A stretch of DNA of 63,524 nt, counting the filler, from Reticulomyxa filosa (lineage: Eukaryota > Protista > Foraminifera), in the NCBI GenBank assembly GCA_000512085.1. It is 22 parts of 22 records of this genome, joined end to end, with 100 filler letters (N's around TTAATTAATTAA, not from the genome) between each part and the next. Parts side by side here need not be neighbours in the genome. Positions count along the whole stretch, not along the records: positions 1 to 7,912 come from ASPP01020324.1; positions 8,013 to 12,173 come from ASPP01010887.1; positions 12,274 to 16,069 come from ASPP01007040.1; 19 more parts are not named here. One strand, given 5' to 3'. This document shows, in pieces, positions 1-14,316 of the stretch. The notes under the pieces were generated by a model. That model searched no databases, was not told the DNA's origin, and saw only the letters and a list, made by a program, of their open reading frames with translations. The position numbers and the translations under genes are program-made. Numbering within the stretch: position 1 is the stretch's first letter; every line of letters begins with the position of its first letter.

Positions 1-947
1 ACAACAACGAAAACAACCACTTTGGATGGCTTGCAATCCCTATCAATGTCCCAATATCTGCATTTGATTTACAACATTGGCATTCATCCTTTGGGCATTG
101 TGACGTTATTAGACACTGACAATCTCATTAACACACAGCACTTGCATGACATGTTAATGAGAGATGAAGATGGCACGGTCACTGCGGACCAACTTTGGAG
201 ACAGCTCACGCAAGGTCTTGAGCTGTCTTGCACGGATGACAATGGCCCCGAGTGGATTGCACAAATTATCGTCGACTTTTACAGGATGATGTTTTGTATA
301 TATATATATACATATATATTTATATTTGTATATGTGTATATATTTTTTTAAAAAAAAATAGAAACCTGAAATTTGTCCATGCATATATATGGACAAATAT
401 CTGTACATATAGGCGCAAAGATAAAAACAAACAAGCCCATTTTCAAACGTTACAATTGAATCGCTTGGATTCAGTTCCTTATTTGTTTGAAATGAAAGTG
501 TTAGTGAAATTGGGGAAGCTGTTGAGATATATTGATGTGATGACGAATAGTTTATTGGTTTGCAATTCGAAATCTTTGGAGATAGACAAAAATATGCATG
601 GCACGAATGTGCCTCTTAGCTTGCATCACCCCCATCATCAACATGCTTCCTATCGTGTGTACAGCGAACAGCAAATTACGAATGGCATTTGCCAATTTGG
701 CAAGTATCGATGCACCCCTGATGTTGTCTTAAATAAGCCCATTTGGATCAATCAACGTCCTGTGTTTTGGATAGATGCCAAATGCACTCGTGGCGTACGC
801 TTGCTTATGGATGAAAAACGAAAACGTCAGATACGTCGGTTCACTCGACACTATGGACCTGGTGCTATTGTCGCTTTTGGAGCAGTCGATTTGACTCAAA
901 CCAATATCCGTGATTGTATTGTACTCGATGGATGTGGATGGTTGTAA
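1..947 (+). CDS. CDIN1/C15orf41-like TPD-motif PD-(D/E)XK nuclease, 5'-partial, intron 291-412
   Basis: EQQI...TPDVVLNKPIWINQRPVFWIDAK...RFTRHYGPGAIV matches the TPD...W-I-(E/D)-x-K...GPG pattern of CDIN1. Removing GTTTTG...AG (291-412) joins ORF 22..351 to ORF 252..947 in frame (FYRMMRKDK). Confidence 0.8.
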
Positions 948-2462
948 ATATTGTTTATTATCTTTTTGTTTTGTTTTCATTTGATTGTTTGTGCAATTCA
1001 AAACTACCAGTTTTCAAGAGTGTTTTTCTTTTTTTGTCCTCTTTGCTTGTTTTTTTCCTTAATTGCAAAGTGGTCTTTCAGCATCAGTTGATAAAATTCT
1101 GGCAAAAATTGAAACACTTGAACATTTGCAGAAATTTTTAGAGTCGAATATCTTGATAAGGTACCATTTTAGATGCTCCCGTATTTGCATATGCTTTTTA
1201 TCATTGTCAAAATGCATGCAAAATGTTGAAGGACTTTGCGCTGTTGTTATTTATTTATCAGTAAAAAATTCATTCGAATAACATACAAAAGAGTTAGTTA
1301 TTTTTTATGCTAATTTTTATTCAATTTATTATTGCCACGATCATTCATTAAATCTTCGAAATGTAATTCAAAAATTGGATTTCGATATTTTTTTCAGTAA
1401 TAATCTACGCACATAATCTTTATTATTCGTCTAGTACAAATATTGTGAAAATATACAACATGGGCTAATAATTGTGATTGTATTTGCAAAGCAAGCAAAT
1501 TTAATTATTTTCATTGACAATACCAACAGCATTGTTTTATTTGAAGAAAAAATATTGAACCGACAATTTTTTTAAATAAAATTTATTACAAAACTAACGT
1601 AGTTGTATGTAATTTTTAACAAATATTGTACCTAAATTGACAGTTTTCATTATATTTGTATAATTGGATAAAAGTAAAGAAGCGCAGAAACAGGGAGAAA
1701 AACAAAAGGAACGAATGTTCGAATAAAAACTCTAAAAAAAAATTAACATCTTTCAATCCAATTTCAGGAAAATCTCAAAGGGAATGTACAGATAGACATG
1801 TAAAACAAGTAGAAAATATTTTTAAAAACATAATAAAGCAGATACAAGCAGCAAAGAAAATCTTCAATTAACAAAGGAAAAACTCATGTTAGAGCACTGA
1901 GAACATGAACTTGTGGTATATGAAAAAATAATGATAATTAAAAAAGAAGCAAGACTAGGCAATATATTTGTTACAAGTATGAAAAACATTTAACAATATT
2001 GCCAATTATTAATAAATATCAAAAACAAATTGTCATTATATTTTTATTTTCATCAATTTATTGCATACATATTGCAATAAGAAACATTTAGTAAAGAAAT
2101 GACACTTTACTAATTGACATATATGTTGTTATAATAAATAAACTAAAAAATATACATTGTTATTTAGTAATCAACAAGTATTGTTAGCAATAAACGTGTA
2201 AAAGTTATATTTTATTGTTGATTATAACAAAAATTAAACAAACAATGTAGATAGAACGAAAATACTCTTTAAGCAGCTTATATTTCTAAATTGTGTTTAG
2301 AAAAAGAATTAGGTAATAAAAAAATTGAAAATATTTGCTGTTGATTGAAATCTTTTAATTTTAAATTATAGTTATCAAATGTAAGTTGTTTGTAATGTAC
2401 CTAATTTAATTTCTGCAAACATATTTTATTTTAAATCAACAAAAGCACAAATTCCAAAAAAA

Positions 2463-5400
2463 CTATTCATTAAGATAATATCGCTGCAAGATTTCTCTGG
2501 CAGCGTTAAATCCGGTTTCGTGTGCCCCATCTACACACTGGAATTCTTTTTCACTTGTACCTTCGCCTGCAAAATGGATGCGTCCATATGGTTTCCTCAA
2601 GATAGAAGCGTGATGCATCACACAACCGGCCGGCAAGTAACTGTAGCTTCCACGCGTGAAGAGATTAGAATGCCAATGTGAAAGTTTGTAATCAACACAC
2701 CAATTGATTACATCTTGAAATGACTGATCAAACAAATTACTCAATAGCCAGCAAATTTTCCGTAGTGTAATAATTTCGACAATTTTGTCACAGCCATAGG
2801 AATTCCATCGTTGGCAAGTCTGCGGAGGAATCATAACACCAAGAATCCCTCCTTTATCATTGTTAAGCGCAAATTCACCAAAAGCGTAATTAACAAACCG
2901 AAAATCGTGATATTTGCTACTTTGAAAATAGGGTAAATCAGATGGCCAAAATACATGAGAAAATCGAATAAACATTTTGCTTTCCAATCCCATGCGCAGT
3001 CGATTCAATGCTTTTATTTTTTTTTCTGGAAATTTCGGCTGAAAGGTGATGATATTTGCTTTTAACACTCCAACACTCACGGTTACACAAACATATTTGC
3101 AATTTATTACAAATTTGCGGCTGTCTCGAAGATTAATACCTTGTACTTGCATTGGATATCCTTCATTTTCAGTAGCATTAATATCAGTTACAAAGTGATG
3201 TATATAAACATTGTTTTGTACCTCTGGCAAAAACGCATCCAAAATTTGAGAATAACCAGTTACTACATATCCATCTCCATGTCTTCTGTAACCATCAAAT
3301 TGCAGATTTTTGTTAAAAATTAAATCCTTGTCAAATAATGATTGATCCCAAACAACTTCTCTTAAACCATTTCCAATATCCTTTACCTCATTTGGAATGT
3401 CATCATTGTCAGTGGCATTATCTTTAGCTATATCTTTGTATTTGAATTCATCTTTTTCTTTGTTGTTATCATTGTCCTTTAAGCTAGTAGTACCATTCTC
3501 TTCTGTCTTGATCTCTTGTAACTGTTCAGATACTTCAGAATGTGCAAATGAACCAGTATGATCCTTTTCTTGGTGGTCATGGATTTTTTTACTGTTTTTT
3601 CTTTGTTTTATTTTTTCCAAAATATTAGATGAGAGAATCACTGTGTTGTAAGGCGAGTCTGTACGTTTTTCACTTTTTGGGGTTTTATCGGACATGATTC
3701 GTCGAATCATTTTGCATTTTTTTTTGAATGCTTGATTAACAACACATTAAGAAAATATGGTATGTGTAAACAATATGTCTTTACAAAGTAAACAATAGAA
3801 TATTGCACAAATAAAAACTTTCAATTTCGGGCTCATAAAATTTCATGCAATATTTGATTGACGCGATCTCGAAATTATCTATTTCTTTCTTTTGCTTTTT
3901 TTTGCCTTCTGCCGAGTTTTTATATTTCAAACTCAGCTTGTACATAAAATATGACAAAACATTTTCATTTTTGATGTAATCCAAGCTTTTTAAAATCCTG
4001 TTACATGCTTCTTGATTCAAATACAAAAGATATTGAAGTTTTTCAAGAGGATAGTGAAGTATTTCTTCCAATTGTGGTAAACACGAATAGAAACATTTTT
4101 TCGTAGATTTCTGATCTGTTGAGGATTGGGCATTGGACGTCTTCATGTCGGTAAGTGTAACGCAATGTTTTTCATAAAAAGCAATATTGTTGTTCAGCCA
4201 ATTTTGGAATGCTGAGACCACTTTTTTATGGAATCCCACAACTTCAACTAAATCAACTAAATATTGCAAATTTAAATAACTCACACTCTATCCCAGTCAT
4301 ATATACACAAGACATATCCCAACAAATTCACATTTGTTTAATGAGAATGTTAAAAATAGACAAACAGACGATAAGAATAAAGAAAAATCAAAAAGAATAA
4401 ATAATTGAAAGATAGAAACTAACAAGACAATCTTGTGAGCTCAAAATACCCGTTTCACCTACCCAACCGGCAGCCAACATGTTGTATTTGTCTCGTAGCT
4501 GATGAAAAAGCTGTCCAGAATTTTCCAAATCAATTTTCGTTAGAAAGAATGTCTGTTCGTTTATTGCATCAAGATAATTGATTGATTGATTATTGTAACC
4601 AGCATTATCAATACCATCAACATTAGTCGTGCCAATACCAACAATTTGCTCCTTAGCACTATCATTAACTTTGCCATCAATATTAACATCGTAATGTCCA
4701 ACCCATTGATAATTTTGCCAAATGTAGTCTACAATTTTGGAATATTCAATATCGCATTCATTGTGAAAGTTGTCTATTTCGCAAGGAATGTATAGTTTTG
4801 CTAGAAAGAATACTTCTTCAATTACCAGCTTCATTTGATTGATTATTTTTGGATTTTCGTTAACGAAAGATTGTGTGTTCCACCAAGCTTGGTTATATCC
4901 ACCCCATACTTTTCGTTAGTCACAAATAGATAACAAACAAACAACGAACACTCATGATTACACAAGTTGTTTATATCAGTGTTGTGAATATACAGTTCGT
5001 TTGTTTGTATAATAACTGTCATTGATTTTGGCTTTATGCTTGTGTAACCAATTCCAAAACCTATTGTCCCCAGGAGAGCCTGATAGAAAGGCGCCTCCCA
5101 TTTCAACAGATGATTCAGGCATATGAATCATTTCTCCATGTTTACGCAGACTCTTTTCGGGAAAGGTATAAGACAAAAGACGTCCTCCAATATACTCTTG
5201 TGCCTCCAAAACAATAACATTCATGCCACATTGTTTCAAAGCCCACGCACAAGAAAGCCCAGAAATTCCACTTCCAACCACAACCACATCACAGGCAAGA
5301 TTATTCTTAAAAGCGTTAATTCGAGGCATTAAATTCCGTCCAGTTTGATTAAAAAATGTGCATTTCATTTGTCTTTCATACAATTTCATCATACTTCGTT

Positions 5401-5869
5401 TGAGCAAAATACCCCTCCGAACGACCTTTTGGCCTGTCGTTTTTTCCAAATTGATTTTATCCGCAAACATTTTACGATTGTAATAGTTATCAGCAATCAC
5501 TTGTTTTTTATGAACATACGCGATACCATCAGTATCCAATCCTCGCTTTTTTTGTTGTTGTTTAATTGGACTTGTTCGCGGCCCGTTGAATTTTTTTTTC
5601 CCATTTCTTTTTGTCCCTGGATATCTCCACGCAATTCCATAGCAAATATCTTTAGGATCTGAATAATCAATTGCAGTTATTGATGCTTCATACAATGCTG
5701 AACGACCAATGGAATTAACGTCATGCCAAATTAACACATCATCACCTTTTGTTTGTTTATTTGATTGTTTATTTATTATTTTTTTTTTGGATGCAAGTAC
5801 ATTTGATTGTAAAAAAAAAAAAAAAGAGATGAAAAATCGTTGAAGTAAAAATGCAGTTTATATTAAAAA

Positions 5870-5900
<31 letters not shown>

Positions 5901-6911
5901 CCTTCGTCAATATCAGTAACAATAAGTTCAAATTCAAAGTGAGTCTTTAAATCTTGCAGACTCATCGTCTCAATCACACATTCTTCGTCGTCCAACAATC
6001 CATTGGTGAGTGCTCTGTGAAAGTACAAATTTTGATTCACTGCGTCAAAATCGGCAATTACTGCGACAGAATAGGTGAAGTCCTTAACATATCGTTGCGT
6101 TTTTTTTGCATAATATCGAATCACCCCATTTTGCCAAAAACACCAATGACATATCAATAACTCTAAGTCATTACCTTCATCTTGCTTTATGGTCGCTGTG
6201 CTGTCCGGGTCTCGAATTTTATCCAAATTGAAGTTCGTTGTCGATTTTTCGATATCTATTTCTATCACACTATGTTTGTCTTTATCATAAATCTATTCAC
6301 ATACAACAAATTCAAAGTACAAATATATTATAACATTTTGATAGAAAAATTATAACAACCTATTTTTTTTTTTTCCTTTTTCTCCTATCCCTCCCCCTCC
6401 TCCCCCTCTCCAATAAATTCAAATGTTTTTGCTGTTGTTAATATAAAGTGAGAGAGAGAGAGAGAGAGTTACTCCAAAGCCATACATCTCACGCCTAATG
6501 GCTATGTATACACAAAAAATGTTAAACTTCAACCAATATATTCGCTGATAGTATTTCTTTTGTATTGTTTGCTTTACAATAGCATTCGTACAATACATCT
6601 GAATTGCTGTCGTCCGGATCTTTTTTGATCACGTCGGTCACTACCATTTTTTCTAAGCAGTATTCTCGATATGGTACATCCGTCCCATTTGATGAAAAAA
6701 AATAAGACAATTTGTAACACATGTCTCCTTTGGCCCATGTCTATTGCAGGTGAACAAAGAGAAAGCAACGTATTCATGTCGGCTGCTAGGCCGTGTTTTT
6801 TCCCCCATGACGTCAATTTTTCTTGAAAAAGAAAAGAACAAGCAGAGGCTAAATTCGCACTTTTCGAAAACGAATGGCCACTGGATCTTGCCAATGAGTG
6901 TTTGATGTCAT
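2463..6911 (-). CDS. Multi-exon flavin-containing amine oxidase (PAO/LSD1 superfamily) with long N-terminal extension
   Basis: FAD motif VVVVGSGISGLSCA...VLEAQEYIGGRL, VEMGG, VTVSVGVLK, MGLESK, GSYSY, IHFAGEGT...VDGAHETG. Exons lie in ORFs 6522-6894, 5858-6268, 4976-5737, 4388-4834, 3781-4284 and 2463-3710. The start at 6911 assumes homopolymer frameshifts. Confidence 0.85.
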
Positions 6912-7378
6912 ACTAAGATTTTTGATCCTGAAAGCTCACTTCTTTTGCACAAAACCCTTATACTTCAAAAAACTCTCGCGAACTGGTTTCGTGTAAAAAA
7001 AAAACTGATCACAGGCCGTCTCTTTTTGGAACGTAGTAATTATGCACGCTTCACAAAAAACAACACTGAAATATTTTTTCACCTTTTGAACCGTTGAAAT
7101 AAGTCAGCAAAGAGAATGCAAAAGTCGTTTTTGCTACAAACATACTATTCCGTGCAGAGAAATGACTTCGGACAAAAGCAAGGGAGAACTATTTGTGATT
7201 ACGAGAAAACCACTGAAAAAGCACAGCAATTAAAAAAAACAAGCTACTTCCATTTGACACGCCTTTTGATCTCTTACAACCCCTTTGTACTGCTGTCATT
7301 TTGTTATTATTGCAATTTCTCGTAGTCTGAGGTTGGCGCACCTAAAACTTTTAGCAATCGGTATATATAGATATAAAA

Positions 7379-7860
7379 ATGTCCCTGAAAAGATCAAGAA
7401 CAGAATTTGAGTCAGGAGATTTCACAGCAGGAGGCATTGATACTCTATCAGCCGAAAATATTGGATCTGACCGTCCATTGAAGCGTCAACGGCTGAGCGC
7501 AGGAAACGGCGGGAAAAAAAGGAAGCATGGACAGCAAGTGACATTGGACGAATTGCAGCGCAGCGCACTGTACAAATTGGCGAAGAATCATTGGATGTTA
7601 AAAAATGATGACAACACCGACGATGAAGAGATGAAGACGAACACGGAAGAAACAACAACAGGCCAAGAAAGAGAAAGAGAAGAAGAAGAAGAAGATGAAG
7701 AAGATGAAGAAGAAGCAGCAGTAGAAGAAGTGCAAAGGAAAAAAAAACCGAATGACGCACAATCACTGATTCATTACATTTACATAAACTACATAGCCAA
7801 AGCGACTGAAAACCGTTCACCACAGTTGGTGATTTTGGAATTTACACGTTATTTAGAAAA
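7379..7860 (+). CDS. AQR: RNA helicase Aquarius (IBP160) first exon, 3'-partial
   Basis: LAKNHW...IHYIY...LVILEFTRYLEKY matches the Aquarius N-terminal LA.KYW...LLEFSQYLENY pattern; GT donor at 7861; divergent from the amine oxidase. Confidence 0.75.
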
Positions 7861-7869
7861 GTATGTGGA

Positions 7870-7912
<43 letters not shown>

Positions 7913-8012
7913 NNNNNNNNNNNNNNNNNNNNNNNNNNNNNNNNNNNNNNNNNNNNTTAATTAATTAANNNNNNNNNNNNNNNNNNNNNNNNNNNNNNNN
8001 NNNNNNNNNNNN
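7913..8012. other. Artificial contig linker N44-TTAATTAATTAA-N44 (first of 21; others start at 12174, 16070, 18408, 20367, 28122, 30208, 35698, 36798, 38934, 40253, 41972, 43256, 44688, 46341, 49733, 51036, 52826, 57242, 58927, 60418)
   Basis: Identical 100-bp spacer with a six-frame stop cassette; genes are truncated at the spacers. Confidence 0.99.
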
Positions 8013-8109
8013 ACACACACACACACACAATATTATACATATATGTGTATGTGTATTTGATTTCCACTCATTTATTTATTTGCTTCTTCTTATGCATGCA
8101 TTCCAAGAG

Positions 8110-11100
8110 TTGGGTTGTAACTAAGCACGTTGTGCATTATCGAAATGTGAACAGATCTTTTGTTAAGTAATCTGATGTTCGCCAGTAATATTCGTTTCTT
8201 GACTGAAGCATGCTCACTGACATTGCAGAATAACTTTTCATTTTATTTGTTGCCACGAAAAGCAACATTGGAAAAGAGACAAGTAAAGCCAGTCCGCCGA
8301 CATACCAACGTGAGCAAAAAGCCATTGCTGATGACACTGACAGTTTCCGGAAATCGAGATCGTTCGCCAACGACCTCTCCGTTGTTAAGGCCCTTTGACA
8401 AGCAACATTCGAGGAAAGAGCGAAGACATTCGTTCAGCGGCAATTCCGTGGACATTGTGCAACTGCGAGAGAAATCGACGGACATAGAAATCCAAGCCCT
8501 AACTCCTTCTCTCTCGACCCCTTTAAATGACCCTAAAACGAAAGCGAATTCCAAATCCCCCGGAGGAACTGATTCTTCTACGACTTCGGTCAGTCAAACT
8601 TCGGAAATTGGAACGTATCATGTGATCAATAACAATTCGTATTTGGAGAAAATCCCGTATCCCGCCAAAATAATGAAGATGTTCCTGCTTATTTTAAAGG
8701 AGGCGAAATTGGCATTGGACGAGCGAATGTTGACGAGTGAAACGTCGGGCCAACCGCAAACAGGTAATGGTGCCTCACAACAGGATTTGGAAGTCTTGTA
8801 CAATGTGGCTCGCAAGGCTGTGCAATCCGCTTTGATCTTTTTCATGCACAAATCGTTGGAATTGGCCAATAAAAATTGGCACTTGGAGCGATTGATGCCG
8901 TTGATCATTGAATTCCAGCAAGTTGAGTACTATAACATTACACGAGGAAAGAGGACAAAGGAAGAAGGGAGACAAGGTTATATTTATACGTTACTTTATA
9001 CGTCATTGGTTTGAGAGTCATGGACGTATCGTATAATAAACTAACCATTTTTTATTTTATTTTTTTTATTTATTTATTCATTCATTCATTCATTCATTCG
9101 TTCGTTCATTCATTCATTTAAAAAATAAAAAAATAAAAAAATAGGCTTTGTTTTTCACTGATGCGAGCGAACCTGACTTTTTCTTTTTGGGACTGATGCA
9201 TGTGCTGATAAAACTATTGCCTGACGTGGCGAGATTTGGTGGCGACACAACAAATTCGAGCCAAACGAACGAGCGATTAGCACAGCATTGCTTGAACGTA
9301 TGGGATTGTGTATTGATGTACCAGTCGCACTTTTTGATTCGGTATTTGAAACAGGAGCAAGAACTGAATGAAAAACTGCGATTGATTGTGACAAAGCGTA
9401 CGTTATTTTTGCAATGGCTTCGCAAAGATGGGTTGGCTCGGGCGCAGACCACATTGTCAAATATCTTTGGCAAGCCGTGGAGTGACCGGCACGTAATCGA
9501 AAGGAACCAGTTGCGAGAGAGATTCGAAAAAGACAAATTCTGTTCAAAGATGCAGCACGAAAAATTATTAGTGTATGAAAGAAAGTTGAAGAGCATTCCC
9601 ATGAACGTCCTGTATAACAATACGACGATCAAAGATTTGCAATCGGTCGAGCAAGCGCGGCAGTTGTCTCGACAGCACCAATTTTATTATCGTGATTTGT
9701 TTTGTCGCAATAAATGGTTCGAACTGATCGTATTGAAGTTGCAAGTGCAAAGCGCTTTGTGGATCCAAGTCGCGAGCTTACCTTGGGACGAGGCATGGAA
9801 CATCAACTTTGTGGAAGGCCCTCACCGAATGCGTAAGATATTGAAACGACACGCCGAGTTCATCCGCACGTATAAAGCCAATCGTCGGCAATTCATGGAG
9901 TTGCTAAGCAAAATGGAGCCCATGCAAAAGTTTATGCGCGAATGTTACTCGACGCATGACAGTTATTATCGTCGTCAAAACCGCAGTTGGAAGAGAGACG
10001 CAAGTTGGCCGTGCTGACCGTACCCAATACAAAGAATACTGCTCGTCTTCTCTCCGTCAACCAACTCAATGTCACATTACATGACACTCCATTATCTCCC
10101 AAGAACGATGCAGGCTCTCCCCATTCGCACACGACAAAACGTATCGATGCCAAACACAACGACACGCTTACCAATGGCCAGCTCCAAAAAGTGACCGACG
10201 AAGACGAAGACGAGCGGCAACGGCGACAACTGCAAGACGAAGAAGAGGAGGAAAACGAGTTTTCGATGGTCCATCGCATCTCAAGAACCAATGCAAGCAT
10301 GAGACCTCGCTTGCCGACACTCAGATCGCAACGTCCGCGACAAGAGACGCTGGCCTTGCTCTCCGAACAAATGGCCAACTTTTTGATCGATGCTGCCTTT
10401 GGAGATCGCAATGAAGCTCCGTCGGAACTGAAAAAAGAGGACGAGTCCGTGGAAGCTACCAACAAGAAATGGTCGTCGTATTCGCCGAAGCAGATGATTG
10501 AAAGTGGAGGTGCTTCGGAGGCCAAACAGCCACCCTCCACTTTTGCACATGAAAGACGTCGAATCAGCACCATTGGCAAGGCTTTGAAACACGACGACCC
10601 TGCCAACAACAAAAAAGAAAATAACAAAGACGACAAACTGCCGAAAAGAAGTACGATGACGATGATGATATTGCCGAACATGAAGACAAGCAAATTCACA
10701 ATGATGATTATCCTCTCACCGCTCAAGGCATTTTGCCGTTCGAACAAAGCGATGGCATATTGGAAATGGACGGTGATACCTTGGGCATTGTTGATCGCAT
10801 TTCCAGAGTATTGAGTCCTGGTGATGTCTTTGATCCTACGCGCACCTACAATTGCAGCACTATCAGTGGGTTAAATGAAGACCGTGGCATTGTCTTATTG
10901 TGTCGATATTCTATTTATTTTTTTTATCATATTCAAGTGATTTTAAAGACTGGTTAATTTTTTTTTTTTTTTTTTTTTTTTTGTATCTTCTTTTTCCGCA
11001 AGTAAACAAAAATGTGCAATACACTCTTTAAACAAACAAAAACAGGTGAATTGGAAGAAATTGAAACCAATTTGAAAAATAAAGTGGCATTCACCACTTC

Positions 11101-12122
11101 GTTTGAAATGAGCAATCCGGAATTGGGACCATTGCTAACAATCAAAAAGATTCGGTCAATGTTAGACTATGTTCCATCTGCCACGACCAGAAGCGAAGGA
11201 CTTGCTGACTTGGCGGACAAAGATACAGCCGAAGACGAATTAAAAAGAAGCAAAACCAGTCCAAGTCTGAAGGATAGCTCCATGATCAGCAGCCAGTCAG
11301 ATTCCAACGAACTCGAACAAGTAGCTGAAAACAAAGAGCCAATGCAATTCACTTATGATAGTTTACGAGAAGTGTATAAGCGACAATATCAACTGCAACA
11401 AATTGCCATCGAATTCTTCTTATTTAATGGCTCCAATTTTTTACTAGTTTTCCCAAAACGACAGTTGCGTTTTGTTTTTTTTTTTTTGTTCTCCCTTCCC
11501 TAGGCAAACAAACAGCTAAATAGATCAACATGCGCATATACATATATGTATTTGTTTGCTACAGCGAACGAGATGCTGTATTTGAAGCCATTCAAAACTC
11601 ACCTTCCTTTCAACAACGACGTCAGCGTGATAAGCGACGATCCGAGGTGATAACCGGCAAAACGGCAACAAATCATCAAACAAGCGACACATTCCATCAT
11701 ATCCAAGCCGCACAACAGCGAACAAGATTTCAAATGGTCGCAGAGACGTTGGGTCGAGTCGCGGACAACATAAGCGTGGTGACGAAACGATGGGAGAATG
11801 GACAGCTGTCGAATTTTGCTTACTTGATGTTTTTGAACACATTGGCGGGTCGTTCGTACAACGACATTACGCAATATCCAGTGTTTCCATGGATATTGCG
11901 TGACTACGATAGCGACACCTTGAATCTGAACAACCCGGTAGTATATCGAGACTTAAGTAAGCCCATGGGAGCACAAACGGAGCCAAGAGCTTCCGAATTC
12001 AAAGAACGTTATGAAACATGGGAAGACCCAACTGGAAAAGCACCGCCATGGCATTATGGAAGTCATTATTCATGCGCTGCGATTGTCTTGTATTTCTTAA
12101 TCCGATTGGAGCCATTTACCAA
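8110..12122 (+). CDS. PH-BEACH domain protein (WDFY3/LvsA/neurobeachin-like), internal fragment
   Basis: [10 protein letters not shown]; PH segment [18 protein letters not shown]; [41 protein letters not shown]...YRDLSKPMG...HYGSHYS. Several introns (e.g. 10953-11045) and two apparent frameshifts. Confidence 0.93.
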
Positions 12123-12446
12123 GTTTGGCTTTCATTGTTTCTTATGTGTACACATATGCGTACATATATATATNNNNNNNNNNNNNNNNNNNNNNNNNNN
12201 NNNNNNNNNNNNNNNNNTTAATTAATTAANNNNNNNNNNNNNNNNNNNNNNNNNNNNNNNNNNNNNNNNNNNNATTACTAAAGCTTATCAAAAAAGAACG
12301 AAAACAGCAAAAAAAAAACACAAAAAAAAAAAAGAAAAGGAAATAAGAAAGTTGCTTAAAAAGAAGAGCAAACACTTTCAAAAGCCAAACGAACAAGAGC
12401 GCAGTGTTCTTTCTCCCCCCCTCCCGTAGAGGGAAAACCTCCATTG

Positions 12447-13649
12447 ATGCAATCAATAATAGCGTCGTTCCTTGGTGATATTGAAAACAAAAGCGCAGAT
12501 AATGCTAGCAATGATTGTGCAACTTGGGATCCTAATTTCTTTCGTCCGTTAAACTGGGAAGAGTTTCTTACGTCTGGGAAGCTGTTTACCGATCAAACCT
12601 ATCAACTTGTGAATGAAGTAGTGAAGGATACCAAATTGTCCACCCCCCCTGTTTTCGTCGGTACGAATTTTTTTTTTGGAAGAAAAAAAGCAAGAAAGCG
12701 ATTGTCTCAAGGACAAAATACGATATACATATACATATACATATATATGTATATATATGTGTATATGTATATATCTTAATGTACATAGTTGGTTGCGGAA
12801 GATCGGGGACGACATTGGTGGGCCAAATCTTGGCCTGTTGTGAGGATGTATTATTTTTGAACGAGCCAAGATCACTGTGGTTGACAGTGTGTCCAGAATT
12901 GGATGTGTGGTCGTTGGCAGTTTCATTTTCAAAAAAAAAAAAAAAAAAAATTTACAAATAGAAATAGAAATAGAAATAGAAATAGAAATAGAAATAGAAA
13001 TGCAAACATATAACATGACTCTACACTAGACATTGTTGAACGTGGCGAGTAAATGTCAACTAAAGTGTGAGCGACTGAGTGACAAGCAAACATCACAATT
13101 GACGTCAATGTACTTGTCACTGCTCGGCGCATTCCGCAAAAAAATCATCGGTACTTATTTCTGTCTTTGCTTTGCTCAAAAAAAAGGGGGTGCAAAAAAA
13201 AAGGGGGTGCAAAAAAAAGGGGGAAAATTATACAATCACATTTCCCCCTTTCATAAAATATGTACACTTTAAAATAAATTTTTCATTGGAAGAAAGTGGA
13301 CAAATTTCCAGAGCATTGCTTTCGCATTGAGTTTTGTACACATGCATCATTTCAAAAAAAAAAAAAATAAAAAGACTTGAGTCTTTTATAATCTGTTTTC
13401 TTTTTTTGTTGGCTGTGATGAAATGGGCGAATCGGATCGAATATGAACAAATGACAAACAAAGTGAGTTGATACAAGCATTCCCTGGCTGTCGTATCATT
13501 CATGTGATTCGCAATGGAATGGATGTTGCAAAGTCAATTCGAAAGTTTACTTTGAATGCCTGGTATGGCGCGGCTCGTCTTCAAAAATGGGACGCGTTGA
13601 AAGCGTACGTTCAAAGCCATGTTGAGTTCAAGCTGTTTCTCCCTTTGCT

Positions 13650-13680
<31 letters not shown>

Positions 13681-14316
13681 TATACGTGTGCGCATGTGCA
13701 TATGCATGTGCGTGTATAAACTGATCGAAAACAGAAAATAATGGAGTTGGATGAACTGGAATTCGTCAAGTCAAAAAAAACACTTGACCGAGATGACTTG
13801 GTTTGGATGGGATTGGTTGAGTGGACTGCCTCCATTGTTGGCTGTCGTCAAAGCATTGATAGAAACAACTATCACGACAACTATTTGGAGATTCGCTATG
13901 AAGATTTGGTCCACTCTGATCGTAAGCATTCCATTAACACCATTACAAAGTTGTTCGAATTTACACTTTGTTCCACATTTGAGGTTTCTTCTTCTTCTTC
14001 TTCTTCTTCGGAGCGAAATGCTAATGCAAATGTAGAGTCTCAGTACTCGATGGTTCAAAAAGCTCTAACAATTGTTAAACCATTTCAAAGTAAAAATACT
14101 TCCTTCATCTCAAAGGACACTGCCCATAACGTGAGTTCAATCACTCAAGCGTTGTTGTCGGATTGTCTTTCTTCTAAACCTTTCGCATTCCATCATAACC
14201 ACTCGCAAACTGAAACACAGCAAAGTCGAGCCATTGACAATCCTGGCTCCGAGGATATCATAACACAAGTCGACCATTCTTCAGCACAAATCACTGATCT
14301 TGAAAGTATTGATTGA
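12447..14316 (+). CDS. Sulfotransferase (Sulfotransfer_3 type), multi-exon
   Basis: 5'-PSB motif IVGCGRSGTTLV, NEP, 3'-PB motif IIHVIRNGMDVAKS, and LEIRYEDLV. Confidence 0.88.
12957..13000 (+). repeat. (ATAGAA)n intronic microsatellite
   Basis: About 7 tandem hexamer copies seen directly. Confidence 0.9.

Noticed and set aside
9960-10650. Programmed frameshifting in the BEACH gene (also USP near 20940 and the amine oxidase 5' end)
   Set aside because: The shifts fall in or near homopolymer runs, typical of pyrosequencing-type indel errors.
13178-13250. Three (A-run, G5) units as a G-quadruplex
   Set aside because: Only three G-tracts, inside a low-complexity intron.
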